DNA of 63,661 nucleotides, filler included, from Choristocarpus tenellus KU-1152 (GCA_964200185.2; 10 parts of 10 records of this genome joined end to end with filler, not necessarily neighbours in it); one strand, 5' to 3'; shown: positions 49,679 through 63,054, counted from the first letter of the whole stretch. Made by a program: numbers and translations. The notes: generated by a model from the letters alone, not told the origin.

Positions 49679-52044
49679 AATACAGTGGGGGTTCCCCAAG
49701 GACAGTAAACACTACCTCAATGTTACAAACTACTGACCCTGACAAGTAGGAAGTAGCCCATAAATTTGTATTTTCTGGATGCCTTGACAATCTCTTGTTT
49801 CAACAGGAGGCAGCGCAACAACAGCAGCAGCCAGGATGATGAACTTCGCCAGTTGCTGGCTGCGAATGCTGCTACTTCTGACACATTGGTGGAGACAGAA
49901 GAGGGGGCAAATGAAGATAGTGGGGACATGGACTCAGGTGGTGGAACCGCAGTTGTTGCAGAGAGTCTGGATGCAGGGGTAACTGCAGAATCATCAGGAG
50001 CTACTGCAAGTTTGGACCAGAACATAGAGTCAGCTAATGGCGGAGCAGGGGCTAGTGAGATTTTGTTGAGGAGCGTGGGTGATGCGGAAGCGTCCACAGA
50101 CTCTCAAGATGAAGGGAATGTAGAATACCTAGGGCCACGTGGGGAAAGAGGTCCTGGGTTAGGTAGAGATAGACGTAGACATGATCAACAACAGTATGGA
50201 CGTGATGAAGGCAGAGGATGACGAAGAGCAGATATCCCAATGCAAGCGACAAGTTGGAGTGAGACTCAGTTTTGATAGGAGAAGTGATTTGAGAGAAAAG
50301 GGGGTCAAGACATAGTGTAGTGACAAGAGAGGATATTTTCTGGGTCCAGGAGGACGATGATTGACATAGAAAAGAGGGATTCTTGGGGTGTGGTTCTGTT
50401 AGAGGTATAAGCTAAGAAGTATCGAATTTGCTTCTAGAAGTATTCCACACATTCTAAGGTTAGAGTCAAATAATTGCAAGTGGGGAGAGGGGATGTTACT
50501 TCCCGTTGTCAACTCTGTTCATGTCGGTGGCAAAGTACGTAGACCTTTCCACAAATGTCAAATTGTATTTGATTGCAAATGAACAAAAAATACACCAAAA
50601 ATTGTGTGTATTGTCCATGGTGTCTTGGTTTACCTTGTACTAGATGGGCAACCTTTTTAGCACGCCCATGCGAAATCTAAGTGTGTAGCAATTTTTTTGG
50701 TAATAATATAAACGTATCTTGAAAATTCTGGTTGGTATTTGCTGCAGGTTTGTAGTGTTCGCTTTTCCCTCGTTATGAATATGCTTGTCGGTGGTGCATT
50801 TATGGCTTGCCACAAACTGTTCGAGCTGATGCTGATGAAAGGAATTACTATTAGTAAGATAGTGCTTTAAATAATTTCCCCACTGGGCCTCCTCACCTAA
50901 CAGAGGCCCTCGCTTGGATTTTGGTTGAATACATCATTTTGATTTTCATATGATTCAATTGTTGCTCAAAAAGCATCTGATAATCATACAATTTTGCAAC
51001 AGGAACAAAAACACTCGTTCTTTCTTATATACAAGTCGAATGCATCAAAAGGAAAAGTAACATGATATATCAACTGTGTTGACTTGTCAGCTAAACAGTA
51101 CAGAGGACCAACAACGATCGGTTAGCCTCTTCCTATAGTGTGGCTGGTAAAAAGTTTGAGGACATCTCCAGCAAGAAGAATGTAAAAGGAATACCACTTG
51201 TTATTGGAAGTAGTGAAAGGGTGCAAACTGGATACCCTCTAAACAATAACTATGATACAGGTGATAGCAATCAATTCCACTGTTTTCCTCCTTGACACCC
51301 TAGCATCTCCCCCTTCATGAGATGCTGCCAGCCCGTCCCCAACTAATGTCGAACACACCACCAGATTTAATCTCGTTGATATGTTGAGATATTGTGCTGT
51401 TCGTTCGTAAGATAATGGAATCAAAACAGCTAGAGTGGTACTGTGAGTTAGTCTGTGTTTGTGTGCGGTAGCGTACGGGGTGAGAAACCCCTGTTGTGAT
51501 AGAGCAGAAGTAGAGATCATTGGTGAATTGGAGGTCTTCAATTATGACTCTCTCGCATAAATTGGCCAGAACACATACACAGGCTACTTAATTTCTGGCA
51601 TTGTGCAGCAGGCACTCTCTCCCCCAGGAAACGGGTGAGTGTCGACACCTCCACGCTCGGTGCTGTTGAGTGGTAAAGGGGCAAAAGGACGGTTGATTGG
51701 ATTATTACCTCGGATAGACCTCAAACTGTGGACCCAACTTCTATTTGGCAAAGCTAATCGTTATACAAAGGCGCGGGACCTCTTCACACAGCGACCAATC
51801 TCACCATACTGCCTCTCACCAATTGATGATACCCTGGTCATCATGCACTTTGTCAACTTTGCACTAGCCTCGGTCACTTCCTTTGTTCCTGCTGGTTGTG
51901 GAACTGGTTCACAGGTGGACTATTAGCCAGGACGTGCCTTCCTTGGAGGTGTGATTGAGGAGATGATGCTAACACCTCGTTTTCTTTGTGGTTTCCCTTG
52001 GGGGGAAAGAACTTGACAAATGACCTTTATACCACTAATCTTGT

Positions 52045-52115
52045 GGACCAAAGTATCTGGGGGGGGGGGGGGCTACACCAGGGTGTCCATTTGGGCAAAA
52101 TCCGGAAAGGTGCAT
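52045..52115 (+). mobile_element. MITE family B left end, truncated by the linker
   Basis: GGACCAAAGTATCT(G)14CTACACCAGGGTGTCCATTTGGG. Confidence 0.8.
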
Positions 52116-53789
52116 NNNNNNNNNNNNNNNNNNNNNNNNNNNNNNNNNNNNNNNNNNNNTTAATTAATTAANNNNNNNNNNNNNNNNNNNNNNNNNNNNN
52201 NNNNNNNNNNNNNNNAACAACGACATATATATAGTTTTCATTGGTTTCCCCCCTGACACATCTGCAAAATAACAGAGGGCATAATAATATAGTAAATAAA
52301 AATACATATACATACATATATGTCGTTATTAGACCTACTACTAAAGAAATAAAATATCCTAAACATAAGAACACTATAAAACATTTTAAGTGTGGAAACC
52401 GCTAATCTATCATATAATATTATTACGCCTACTCAGTATATAGAAAAGCACTCTGAATGATGCTATTAACAATACGACAGGTAATCTATGTACATACTAA
52501 AGAGCATCAGATGAAGGAGAGTCAAACCAATCGAGAGGAATTCAGGTTTGGACCCTTTTGCATTCTAAGTCGTCTTTCTTACCCTGTACAATACAATCTA
52601 TTTCATTGCTTTATGTGCCTAATAGTGCACGCAAAATCGATGTTCCCTTGTCATACACGAAATGACACCAGAATTCATCAAATACTCTTCTTCCAATTGT
52701 ACACCAATAGCATCTTTTGCCCTTTCTTGGGATCCTCAAAATGTGCCAACGCATCATAACACATCTACGTACGTATGTATTTAACATCTTACAGAATCAA
52801 CCTCCCTTAACAAAATACTAATTTTTAGAGTACGGTACGTTTTAAGCTCTCCCAACTGTGGAACCCCTCCCTATTTTGGTTCTTTTCGAATCTGTTACAG
52901 TCAAGTGCGCGCGTCTAAAAACGTGCGGACAGAAAAACCTGATCCTCGCGCGTCTGGACATATTTATCCTAAAAGCAACCCAATACGCGGAAATATACGT
53001 ATGTGAGAAGGGTGATGTCAGGTCGTTCCCATCAACGTTTAAGGCAGATTGTTCTACTCGCTCGAGAAGAGTTTTGTGGTTAAATTTGGAGACACATATT
53101 GATGGGTGTATAGAAACTTGACAGATTCATGGATTCTTCCCTTAATTCTCATCTTTATTCATAGAGCCAGCTTTGAAGCGTTACATTTTGATATTTTGTT
53201 GTTCATTGTTGACACACATCATCATTGATAGTAGTAGTATTTCTCTGGTTGGTGCATGTGATACCGTAATTCTTTGTGTAAAAATTATTCTTTCATTTCT
53301 TTTCTTTTCCTTTCTCTCTTTTCTTCGACAGGTTTGTTTTTCATTTATGGTTCATATCCCTTCCTAAACCAATAATGTGTATTGAGTTCCTTTGACTGCA
53401 TATTTTGTTACAGACGGATCTGGAGTACTGCACATCTGATTATAATATATGAAAAACTACGCGTTCTTTCCTCTCAACAATCTTCATTGTACTAATTAAT
53501 GTGTTTAGTTGTCTTCACACCTTCATATTTCCTATTTTTCCTATATTATTATATAACAATATATAGAACATGCCATGTACAATAATAAAATAGAAGTATG
53601 CATTACAAATTTATATCTTACATGCCTAGGTCAAGTCGAGGGTCTGGGGCAAGATTCAAGGGAGGAAGCAGACCTTCAAAGAGAGGTGGAAGGTGGTGGG
53701 ATGAACCACCCAACCCGACTGGAATATAACAAAATGGTTCTCTCCACAACAATTAATTGTTGAATTTATAGCATTTATAATCCAAAATA

Positions 53790-55130
53790 AGGTAACAGCA
53801 TGGCGGGATCTTTTTACGAATATAGAGTTATAATTTAGAGGGGAAAGTTCGAGCGAACAGAAAAAGTTAGTCCGATATTTTTTTAGAGTGTTCAATGAAG
53901 AAGTAGAATACTAACAGTAGTAAAGTTGGAAGGGTTTTACACCGAATAAACGTTATCATTGGGCAATTCTCTTTCGCCGTTACAATAGTTGCTTATAGAA
54001 CTATTTTTGAGAAAACTGCTTAGGCGATTTATTATCTAGTATCATTTCATCGAAGTTAGTCGTATTTTCTATATACTCTAAATACGATTGTAGTATGTAA
54101 GTTATTCTAGAATTTTATTAGGGCAACAACATTTTTTTGTAGATGTTGTCATTGGTATGATAAGAAATAATTTACAACACACCAACAGAACACAACAAGA
54201 CATCATAGTAATTTTGTAGCAATACAGATACTCTTTATTATCTGGAACATTTCCCCCTGCTTACACTTCATCTTCTTCTTGTTATCTGACTTGAGTCTAA
54301 GACTCAAAACTTACATATCCCCAATCCGTGTGGTCAGATGCACTATACCCTCTAACTAAACTACCTTACTAAAAAATATAACCAAGTTCCGAAGTACTAG
54401 TAACTATATAACCGTTCATGACACTACTGCCTTGACTTTTCTCACACTCTAGGTTCAGCCGTACCTCCTCACCTATCATCAACTCTTCCCTCCTAGAATT
54501 GTGTGCAGAATTCGCCTGACTGAATGAAGCCTTGCCACCACGATTCTGTATCTTCCGCCCTCTACTTTGTTGTGGGTTACAATAACTGGAGGGTACAGGT
54601 GTATCTTTCTGTTGTGCTCGCCTGGTTGTTCATCAAAACAAAATTGCTTGAAAAGCTCCAGAATGAAGTGTTGCCACCATACAAAATTCTGTAGTATTTT
54701 ACCTTCTCTTTTTTGTGGCGTAAGGTGATGTTAGGGTATATGCAGTCATCATGTGTACTTTACTGTTGTTGTCTTTCCCACATCGTCCATCAACTCCTTA
54801 TTTTCTTGAAAAGCAAGTATATCCTCGTTTATTGGAGGAGTCAAACCCACCCACTCAAGAAATGCTCTTATCAAAGAAAAGGACAGTTTATGTTGAGACA
54901 CTACTGTTTGGTATTAATGACAGTAGTTTGAAGTATGAGGTAAAATAGTGTAGATTAGAGGACATAATAATATATAAATATTGTATAGGGACTGAAGTCA
55001 AGACAAAAAATAATAATTTGTTGTACCTATTCCAACATATTCCAATATTTTGATTGATAAGGACGACATCCCAATCGCTCACTTATTTGGTCTTAGTATA
55101 GGATATGGTATTTGAAGCAGTTAACTACAG
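53790..55130 (+). pseudogene. Possible heavily decayed protein kinase (TKL/IRAK-Pelle-like) remnant
   Basis: Fragments in kinase-subdomain order across frames: HGGIF.RI..LEGKVRA.RK, RVFNEEVE, LSHIVHQLLIF..YILVY, INIV*GL, SNILIDKDDIPIAHLFGLS. AT-rich with many stops; pattern recognition only. Confidence 0.3.
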
Positions 55131-55299
55131 GGAAAGTTTCAGTCCAGTTTGCTATAAGTCAACTCCGGAAAGAAAAAAATCACTACTACTCCTATCTTCC
55201 TCGAACAAAAAAGGTCATTGTTGTTTACCAAGTAGAGGTTTGGAGCCTCCTATCTGTCTCCCTGCTTCCCTACCTGTGACTCGAAGGGGTCCACCCAAA

Positions 55300-56400
55300 A
55301 GATTTTGAGGACTAGAAAGGCTTGCATCGTGGAGAAGTGTGCACCTGTTTTCCAGTAGGTGAGTGGTCTATGACCAAAGGCAATGCGTGGGTCAAGGAAT
55401 TTCTGAGTTGGGGGTATGGGATGTGTTCAGCGGAGAAGCGGCCGTTGGACTTGTTGATGCGAAAAGTCAATCTGCAACCTTGGTTTGCAACATTCGAAGT
55501 GCATACTGTCAATGTAAGAGTAGGCATATTGAGATTCCGTGTACTAGTTGGGGTATTCTCGACTCACGGGGAATGGAACGGTGAGATGCGACAAGGGGAC
55601 GTGGTAGTGGAGAAGAAGAATGGGTGGGAGTGTCTTCCGGCCTCCTCTTTGCCCTCACCATAAGAAAATGAATGCGCCAGTATGCTGGAACCTGGAGTAA
55701 GGAGATGGGAGAACAGGACATTCTGCTTTAGCTGACGAGTCAGTCAAGTGTCCCAAGTAGTGTGGAAAGAATACTGTAATGTCCTCGACTCAAAACTTCT
55801 ATTATCCAGGTACGTAGCAATTGTAAGGGGAGGTGCGGTCTATTTCGATGACGGTGTGGGCAATGAGGCTGTTCATTCGTTACTTCCTGGAGTATAGACT
55901 TGACAACAACGTTTACAGGTTTTTATCGCCACCTCCCAAAGCCTGTCCATGCCAAATTGTATTGTCCACATCTCAAGGGGACACCAATCCCGTGTGGTAC
56001 CCAGTGCCTTTGCCAAGCTTTAATCCTGCAGTCCTGGAGTGAGGGTAGATTCTCGAAGCAAGTAGGTTTAGAGCAATAAGAATCGGATTGGAGTCTGCGC
56101 CGTCTTCCGTTCCCTAGGATGGAGACGCCCTTATGTCATGCCTCGCTCTTCTTCTAGGGAAAAAATGGACTCTTGGTATTGCTGGGGAAGACATCTTGGC
56201 AGAGTCCGAAGCTCGTAACGTTTAAACCACGTTCGACCTATGCCGCACCCGACCGTGGATCCCAACCTACCGGGCATCGTTGCCTTGCTTGTTAGCAGGG
56301 GCTGGCGGCAGTGCAAGAAGAAAGTGGGCGCTGGCAGTACGGAGGCGCCCGTGCCGAACGCCCACTCGAGTGAGCAAGTACGTGTTATTGTTCAATCTCT
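55300..56400 (-). mobile_element. Possible LINE 5' remnant (AP endonuclease-like)
   Basis: LTFR..NGRFSAEHI..VIDHSP resembles the TF..SRIDHI..SDHxP end of APE domains; very degenerate. Confidence 0.3.
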
Positions 56401-57684
56401 AGTTGCAGCACGGTCAGAATCCCTTTGTTGCTCCTACTTAGAGGTGGAATTGTATTCCCTTCTACCACACGTTTCAGATGACTCTAGGATACTGCTAATG
56501 TACGTGGCAATATGACCTGATGCGGGTCATTGCAAGCCACAAGTATCGCTGTTACCCATGCGTCCAGTCCAATCATGACTTAAATGTGTCGTCTAGGTTG
56601 TACTCTGTACTCTTTTTAAGTGCCTGACCTGGCTTTGGTCATGTAATTGTTTTCTTCACCTGCTTGTGAAAGTTGATTCAAGGCAGATAGGGATCAGCTT
56701 ACCAAGGTCCACATTAAGGAAACAATGTCTAGCGCAGGCAATCATTTGATAGGTGTGAGTATATTACCTGACAAAATGATTTATACAACGTCAATGACTG
56801 GGATTTCTCTCCTACATGGTGACTAAGACTCTGTATTTCGTTGGTGGAATTAAAATATTGGGATCAGTAGAGACTGAAGTCAACAATACAAGTTAGACAA
56901 ACAATTGTAACCAAATCCAGATGTCACGTATCAATCTGTCCAGGATGAGAAGGTAGGTCAGGAGTCAACAGGGTGAGGTTTTGTAGAGCATGCCTGGGTG
57001 AACGTGTGTAGGGCTGCTAGTAAGGACTTGTGCTCACTGATCCATTTTTTCGTAACGAAGTCAATCGATAGTGAAATCACAATGCAATAGTCTCACAGAC
57101 CATGCCTGTTGCTCCTGTTGCATATTGCTGTAAACCAGAAGATTGTATTCTGATAAGGTTCTCATGCATAATCCCGTCATGTGTGATGCAAAACAGCTCT
57201 TCTTTTTGTAGATGTTCCTATTTCATGAACCTTCACCTTGGCCGCAACAATTGTGCAAAGTAATTATAAAGTACACCCCACCCCCCCCTCCTGTAACAGA
57301 AAACAAAGCTAAGCTGTCCTCAACAATGACTGCACCATTCCAACATTCAAATGCTCACGCATGTAATTCTCGTTTTTTTACCATGTCCCAGAAGAGGTGA
57401 TTTCTTATTTTGCCCAAGTATCCAGTCAAATACTCGACCCCTTTTGTGCTTATAGTCAATGGTTTGCACAATTTTGCTGTGGTGGTGTCCCATCTATTCT
57501 GATGATAGGAGTGACATCGCCTCTATCGTGCTTGACCACATACCAAGTGCTCGAACAAATAACCACCTTTTTATTTATGTATATACAGTTACAAGTGTTG
57601 CTCTTATTATGATAGTGCACGTGGTGTGCATTTTTAATATCATAGATTTTTGTTTTGTTTTGTTTCACTTTTTGTTATTTTGCC

Positions 57685-57883
57685 ACCCAAGGTATCTGGG
57701 TGGCGGCGGCGGCGGGGGGGGGGTTCTACAACAGTGTGTCCATGTGGGCCATAGCCAGGAAAAGTGCACTTACATTATCCATCCGACGTGCATGCAACCA
57801 TATCACCCAAAAGTCGCGACATGAAAAAATTGACCCCAAATGGACAGCCGCCATCCCCCCCCCCGCCCAGCTACTTTTGAGAC
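57685..57883 (+). mobile_element. MITE family B copy
   Basis: ACCCAAGGTATCTGGG..G-tract..CACTTACATTATCCATCCGAC..CCCCAAATGGACAGCCGC..C-tract..CAGCTACTTTTGAGAC; flanks TGCC/TGAC. Confidence 0.8.
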
Positions 57884-59253
57884 TGACCTATGTCCCTCGG
57901 AACACTTTTTTTGAGCTGGTAGAAGAAAAAGAAGTACCAGGCGGGGAAAGGTCCTGCGAGTCTTGAGAAAAATCCCTGACTCTGTACCAATCATGGAACC
58001 AATTAGTTTTATTGTGTTGTGTTCCGCTTTGGCTTGCGTCATACTCTACTGTAGTGCACAGATCAATATATGCAAATGCGGTTGAACGTTGGGAGTTTGT
58101 GTCATGAAATATCTTTTATTTTATTGAGGTCCTTGGTTTGTTCTAATTGGTCCTGTTCTGCCTCTAGCACGGTGGTGCATCCTCTTTGTCAATGTGTGTT
58201 TGGGGGTGGGGGGGGGTTGGACGTGGACATTGTTATTTACAGTTTCTAAGTGTAAGAGTAGAGTTTTCTCTTGTTAGCAAAGAATTCCCTGTCATTCCTA
58301 GGTCAGTTTTGAAAGTTCGAACAAATCTACTCTTAACCCTAACCCTAACCCAGACGAGGGGTTACTACCACGTTTTTTTTTGTTCACCTTTTGATGCCGA
58401 TGGTGCAAAGAGTATGTCCAAATTGTCTACTCTCTTTTTACAGAGGGGTTGCGTTGGCTCTGGAAAGGGGATATCCCCCGAACCTTCCCTGGGGTAGGTC
58501 ATTGAAAGCAGGGGAAGTCCACTTGGTTTCAACGAATTAACCTGGGGAGGGTTAGGGTTAGGAGATTTAGCTTTTTCTTTGCCAACCCTAACCCTAGCCC
58601 TAACCCTAATCCTCCCTGAGAAGAGGGTGGCCATTTGAACCATCGTTAACCCTAACCCTAAGTACTACCAATGGGAGCGAACTATGGGGGAACCCCCTTT
58701 GATGGAGAACCAAACAATTGCGAGGAGGTTAGGAAGGCGTGGGGGATGTTGCTTTGGAAATGAAATAGGAAGGCGTTTTGTATTTTGCTCTCGGAAGTAG
58801 GTACGTTTGTGGGAGATCTTCGAGTCACAGTGGTCAAGACGGGCGTATTCTTTCCAGCAGGTATTGTTGGGAGTAATAGGTTGAATGTCTCGGGTATTGT
58901 TTGCTTGAAGTGGTCTGCTTGAAGTGAATAGATTATCCGTGTTTTGTGTGGTCTGAAAGAGTGATGTTTGATGTTTCTCATGCATGGGTATTGGTGATGG
59001 TATCTATATTGATAGTGGTTGTAATTGTCTCATGCATGGGTATTGGTGATGGTATCTATATTGGTATCTATCTATAGTGATAGTGGTTGTACTTGTCCGT
59101 GCTTTCTCGCTGGACCGGTTAAATGAGAAGGGTCTGAGTCACAGCCCAACCCTNNNNNNNNNNNNNNNNNNNNNNNNNNNNNNNNNNNNNNNNNNNNTTA
59201 ATTAATTAANNNNNNNNNNNNNNNNNNNNNNNNNNNNNNNNNNNNNNNNNNNN

Positions 59254-59398
59254 TTCTGGACACATCTTTTCATAACGTAGGCATTTTACCTACTCCGAAA
59301 CATTTTGGAGTAGGTAACTGTCATTAACAACCCGTGGGAAACCAAGGCCCAAATGGACAAACAGGGAAAAACTCGTACCCCCTAAGATACTTTCACTC
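59254..59398 (-). mobile_element. MITE family A copy (partial) adjoining the Copia integrase
   Basis: Internal palindrome plus terminus TACCCCCTAAGATACTTTCACTC, followed directly by integrase-coding sequence (DEMARDG). Confidence 0.85.
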
Positions 59399-62324
59399 CA
59401 GACGAAATGGCTCGAGATGGGGTGGTAGTGAGATGCATCAGTGGGGATGGCGTTGGCGAGTTCGGGAGGAGCGTAAGGATCCAACGATGCTAACAGAGCG
59501 AGGCGTAAAATGGCGCAAGAGCCCCCAACGCACGCCCCAGAGCAATTGAATTCCTAAGCGGGCAATCAAACAGGTGATGCAAGCGGCGCGCAGCCAGCTG
59601 ATTCAAGCTGGACTGGGGGAGGAGTTCTGGTTCTTCGTGGTAGCAGATGCCACATTTAAGACCACAGGCATGCCACATGAGTACCTGGGCGGTAAAACAC
59701 CATATGAGCACCTGAGTAACAAGCCATTCAACTACAATCGACTCCGTGTGTTCGGGACGGAGTGCTTCATACTCCAGACCAAGCAACAGCACGGCGCTAA
59801 TGCCAAATTTCATCCATACGCAAAGAGGGGGATACTTGTTGGACACGACAGAGCGTCACCGTGCTGGCACGTGTGGATCCCACAGGAGGGTAAGCTGGTA
59901 ACCTCAGCACAGGTCAAGTTCCAACCTGAAGCTCAACTGTTGGAACTGGTGAGGGAGTCGGAGCTCGATTAAGACGTGGACATGGATACAAAAGAACAAG
60001 AAGAAGAGGATGCCACAGAAACAAACCCAACTGAGAATGCGGGCCAAAACATTGGACATAGGACTCAAGACGCAAAACGACCCCATCAAAGTCAAGAAAT
60101 TTCTCCCAGGATGGGACAACGCCAACACATGGATAGGGCTGCGCAGATGGCAGCCAAACGCCTGGTCCCACATTCTGGACTTCGGAGATCTGCCAGGCTG
60201 GAGCAGCGCCAGCAGGTAGCCTATACATCTCTGTGTAACTAGGAAGAGGATGAAGAAATGGAAATGAACCACTTCGTATCAACCCTTATACAGCAGGACA
60301 GCAATGACACATAGTGCTTTATGGGTCTCATTGGGGGAGTGGGAACAGGTACAGGTGAACCAACTACAACAAAGGAGGCCTTGAGTGGGCCAGATGCAGA
60401 TCAATGGCAGGAGGCCATGGAAAAGGAAATGACTGGACTTTGGCAGAAGGGAACGTTTAGTGATAAGGTCCTACCCCAAGGAAGGAAGGCAATCAAGACA
60501 CGATTTGTTTTTATAATCAAGCACTCTGCAGACGGGACAGTGGAACGCTATAAGGCGCGACTCGTGGCTTGAGGCTTCACCCAAAATGCTGGAGTGGATT
60601 TCTTTGAAACCTTCAGTCCGGTGGTGGGATACAACACACTACGATGCGTCATATCAGTCGCAGCGTACAGAGGTTGGAGCATAGATGCCCTGAATTTCAC
60701 ACAGGCCCACCTCAACGCAGATCTGCAGGAGGACATCTGGTTGGAGCTTCCTGATGGCCGCACCGTCAAGGCAGAGAAGGCAATCTATGGGCTGAAGCAG
60801 TCAGCAATGGAATGATACCATGAACTACGCAACACTATTCTAGCAGAAGGGTGGACGAGCAGTCAACACGACGAGTGCTTCTACTTCAAGAAGAGTGAAG
60901 ACGGACGCATTGCCATCCTCACTACCTACGTGGACAACACTATCACCACTGGGGACTTCACAGAGGAAATCCAGAGGATGAGGGTATCACTGCTGGAAAA
61001 GTACGAGGGGTGGGTCCTAGGTACGCCAGACAAGCTGATTGGGGTGGGCATCACTGTGGGTGAGGACGGCATCACTCTGGACCAACAGATGTACGCTAAA
61101 AGTATTGTCATGGCTGGGATGGGCTCCATAGAAGTACGAGAGACATCTACACCACTAGACCCTGGGATGGACCTCTCTGCCAGACAAGACTACGAAGAGG
61201 AATGGATCCTACAATATACTCTTATGCCAGTATTCTTGGGCATCTCATGTTCTTCGCAGGCACGACTCGACCGGACCTGGCCAACAGCGTTCGTGAACTG
61301 GGGCGCAGGGCATCATCTCCATGCATGCGACACTGGCGCGGAATGCAACACGTTCTGCACTACATAGCAGGGACATTGGATATCTGCATTCCCTATGATC
61401 GAGGGGACAAAGATATGAACGAGAGGGATGAAGAACTCCTGGTGGGGTATGGGGATTCTGACTGGGGCACTGACTCACAAACACGCAGGAGTGTTACAGG
61501 GTACTTAATACTGTTCAATGGATCACCGATCGCCTGGCGCTCGATACTTCAAGGCATCGTCACCCTCTCCAGCTAAGAAGCAGAGTGGACGGCAATGGCA
61601 TACGGCATGTGCCACTGCATTTTTCTTCAAGGTATTCTGGGGAGGTTGGCATATTACAGGATCAGACTCCCTGGTTCCGTGACAGTCTTGGTACTATCCA
61701 GGCGAGTAGCATCACAGGGTTCAATGGGAGAAGGAGACACATGGGCATGAAGCTGAAGTGCACCAGGGAATACGTGGACCAAGGTCTATTCCACGTGGAA
61801 TACGTTCCAATGTCAAGACAACTAGCTGACATTTTGACCAAGTCGTTACGTGAGAATCTTATCTCTGATTTTGTGCGTTCCGTACTTTCGCGTCGAGAGT
61901 GAGCTTTAGTCCGCAACTTTGCTGCACGCTCATAGGGGAGTGTGCAATATAGACTAGGTAGTCGATATGGTTTATATCTGTTTAGTGAGCATTGTCACGT
62001 AACAGAAATGTTGACTAAGTGGAGTAAGGATCATTGGCTTGTTTTTATGCTCTTAGATTAATAGGTTCGAACCTCGGATGGTCCGCTTATTTTTACTTGA
62101 TATAAATGGATTGACGGAGGATTACCGACGTAGTACTAGTTACACAGGACGAGTGACATAGTTCGACCGACGGCAGGACACATTTTTGATGTGTCTGCTG
62201 ACGTGTGCAATAATATAATAAGAGAGAGCACCCCCCACCTCAAGGGATAGTGCTCACTTCGCTAATAAATAAATCCATACCGCATAAAGCAAAGGTTCTA
62301 TTGGAAATAGCTCTCTTTTGCATA
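59399..62324 (+). mobile_element. Degenerate Ty1/Copia element (IN-RT-RNase H-3' LTR), same lineage as the 12960-16803 element
   Basis: Integrase AGLGEEFWFF..GMPHEYLGGKTPYE..KFHPYAKRG is closely similar to the first element. RT RYKARLVA*GF..ETFSPV..KAIYGLKQS..YVDN and RNase H YGDSDWG..RRSVTGY..LADILTK are present, with multiple stops and frameshifts. PPT ATAGGGGAG is followed by an LTR starting TGTGCAATA at 61941; the right end is approximate. Confidence 0.9.
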
Positions 62325-62540
62325 ATTTGCAATCACCCAAGTATTGCCGCGCTTGACTGAATAGTGCCACAGTAGTAGAACCATAGGATTCTAGAGGGGG
62401 GGGGGGTAGTCCAGGTCGTTCATTTGGGGCCTTGTCACGTTGAAATAGCTGACGGCCATTATGGACTGCCCCAACCACACGGCTGGCTTTACAGAAACAT
62501 GCACATGTGTGTATGCCAGCCTGACCACCTGTGACCTATT

Positions 62541-63054
62541 TATTCCTCCGTTCGGAATTAAATGCAACATAATATTTGCAGCCCCAATGAAGAAGCAACA
62601 TTTTCTTAACATGTTAATATTTTATGGGTGTATTGTACAGACACTAAAAGGTTGTCCGCCAATATCTCAAGCAAAATGGGGCAGCCTACACCTATTTATG
62701 AGCCTGCCACAACGGGATAAGCGAGCTGCTCGAACGACAGGGGGCCTTTTACCAAGGCATCCCAATAAACACCCGCTTTGACAGTTTCACAAGGTTTTTG
62801 AATCCTGTCAAATGCTATGACGTCGACGTTGCACTGGCGATCCTCTATGGTCATGACAGCCCACAATCTCAAACTTTGCAATATGGGAACCAAGCCTTGT
62901 CTGGAGGGTTTGTCACATGGGGCATTACTGGGAGAAAACAGAGCTTGCCAAAGTTATGTTACATTTAATCCCGTACGGATGAAGTATTGAGGGTGGGTTC
63001 TGCAATGTATTGAACAGTGGACAGTCATATGTTTAATTCCGAACAGAGGATGTA
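62541..63054. mobile_element. Probable Tc1/mariner-type (Stowaway-like) MITE, about 510 bp
   Basis: Inverted repeats TTCCTCCGTTCGGAATTAAA and TTTAATTCCGAACAGAGGAT (18/20) in TA-rich flanks. Confidence 0.55.

Noticed and set aside
12860-59253. Recurrent palindromic TTAATTAATTAA inside N runs as a biological repeat or recombination site
   Set aside because: It has an identical 100-bp format each time and gives six-frame stops, so it is an assembly spacer. Elements such as the Copia LTR at 12960 and the integrase at 31547 do not continue across it, so gene-neighbourhood inferences across linkers were not made.
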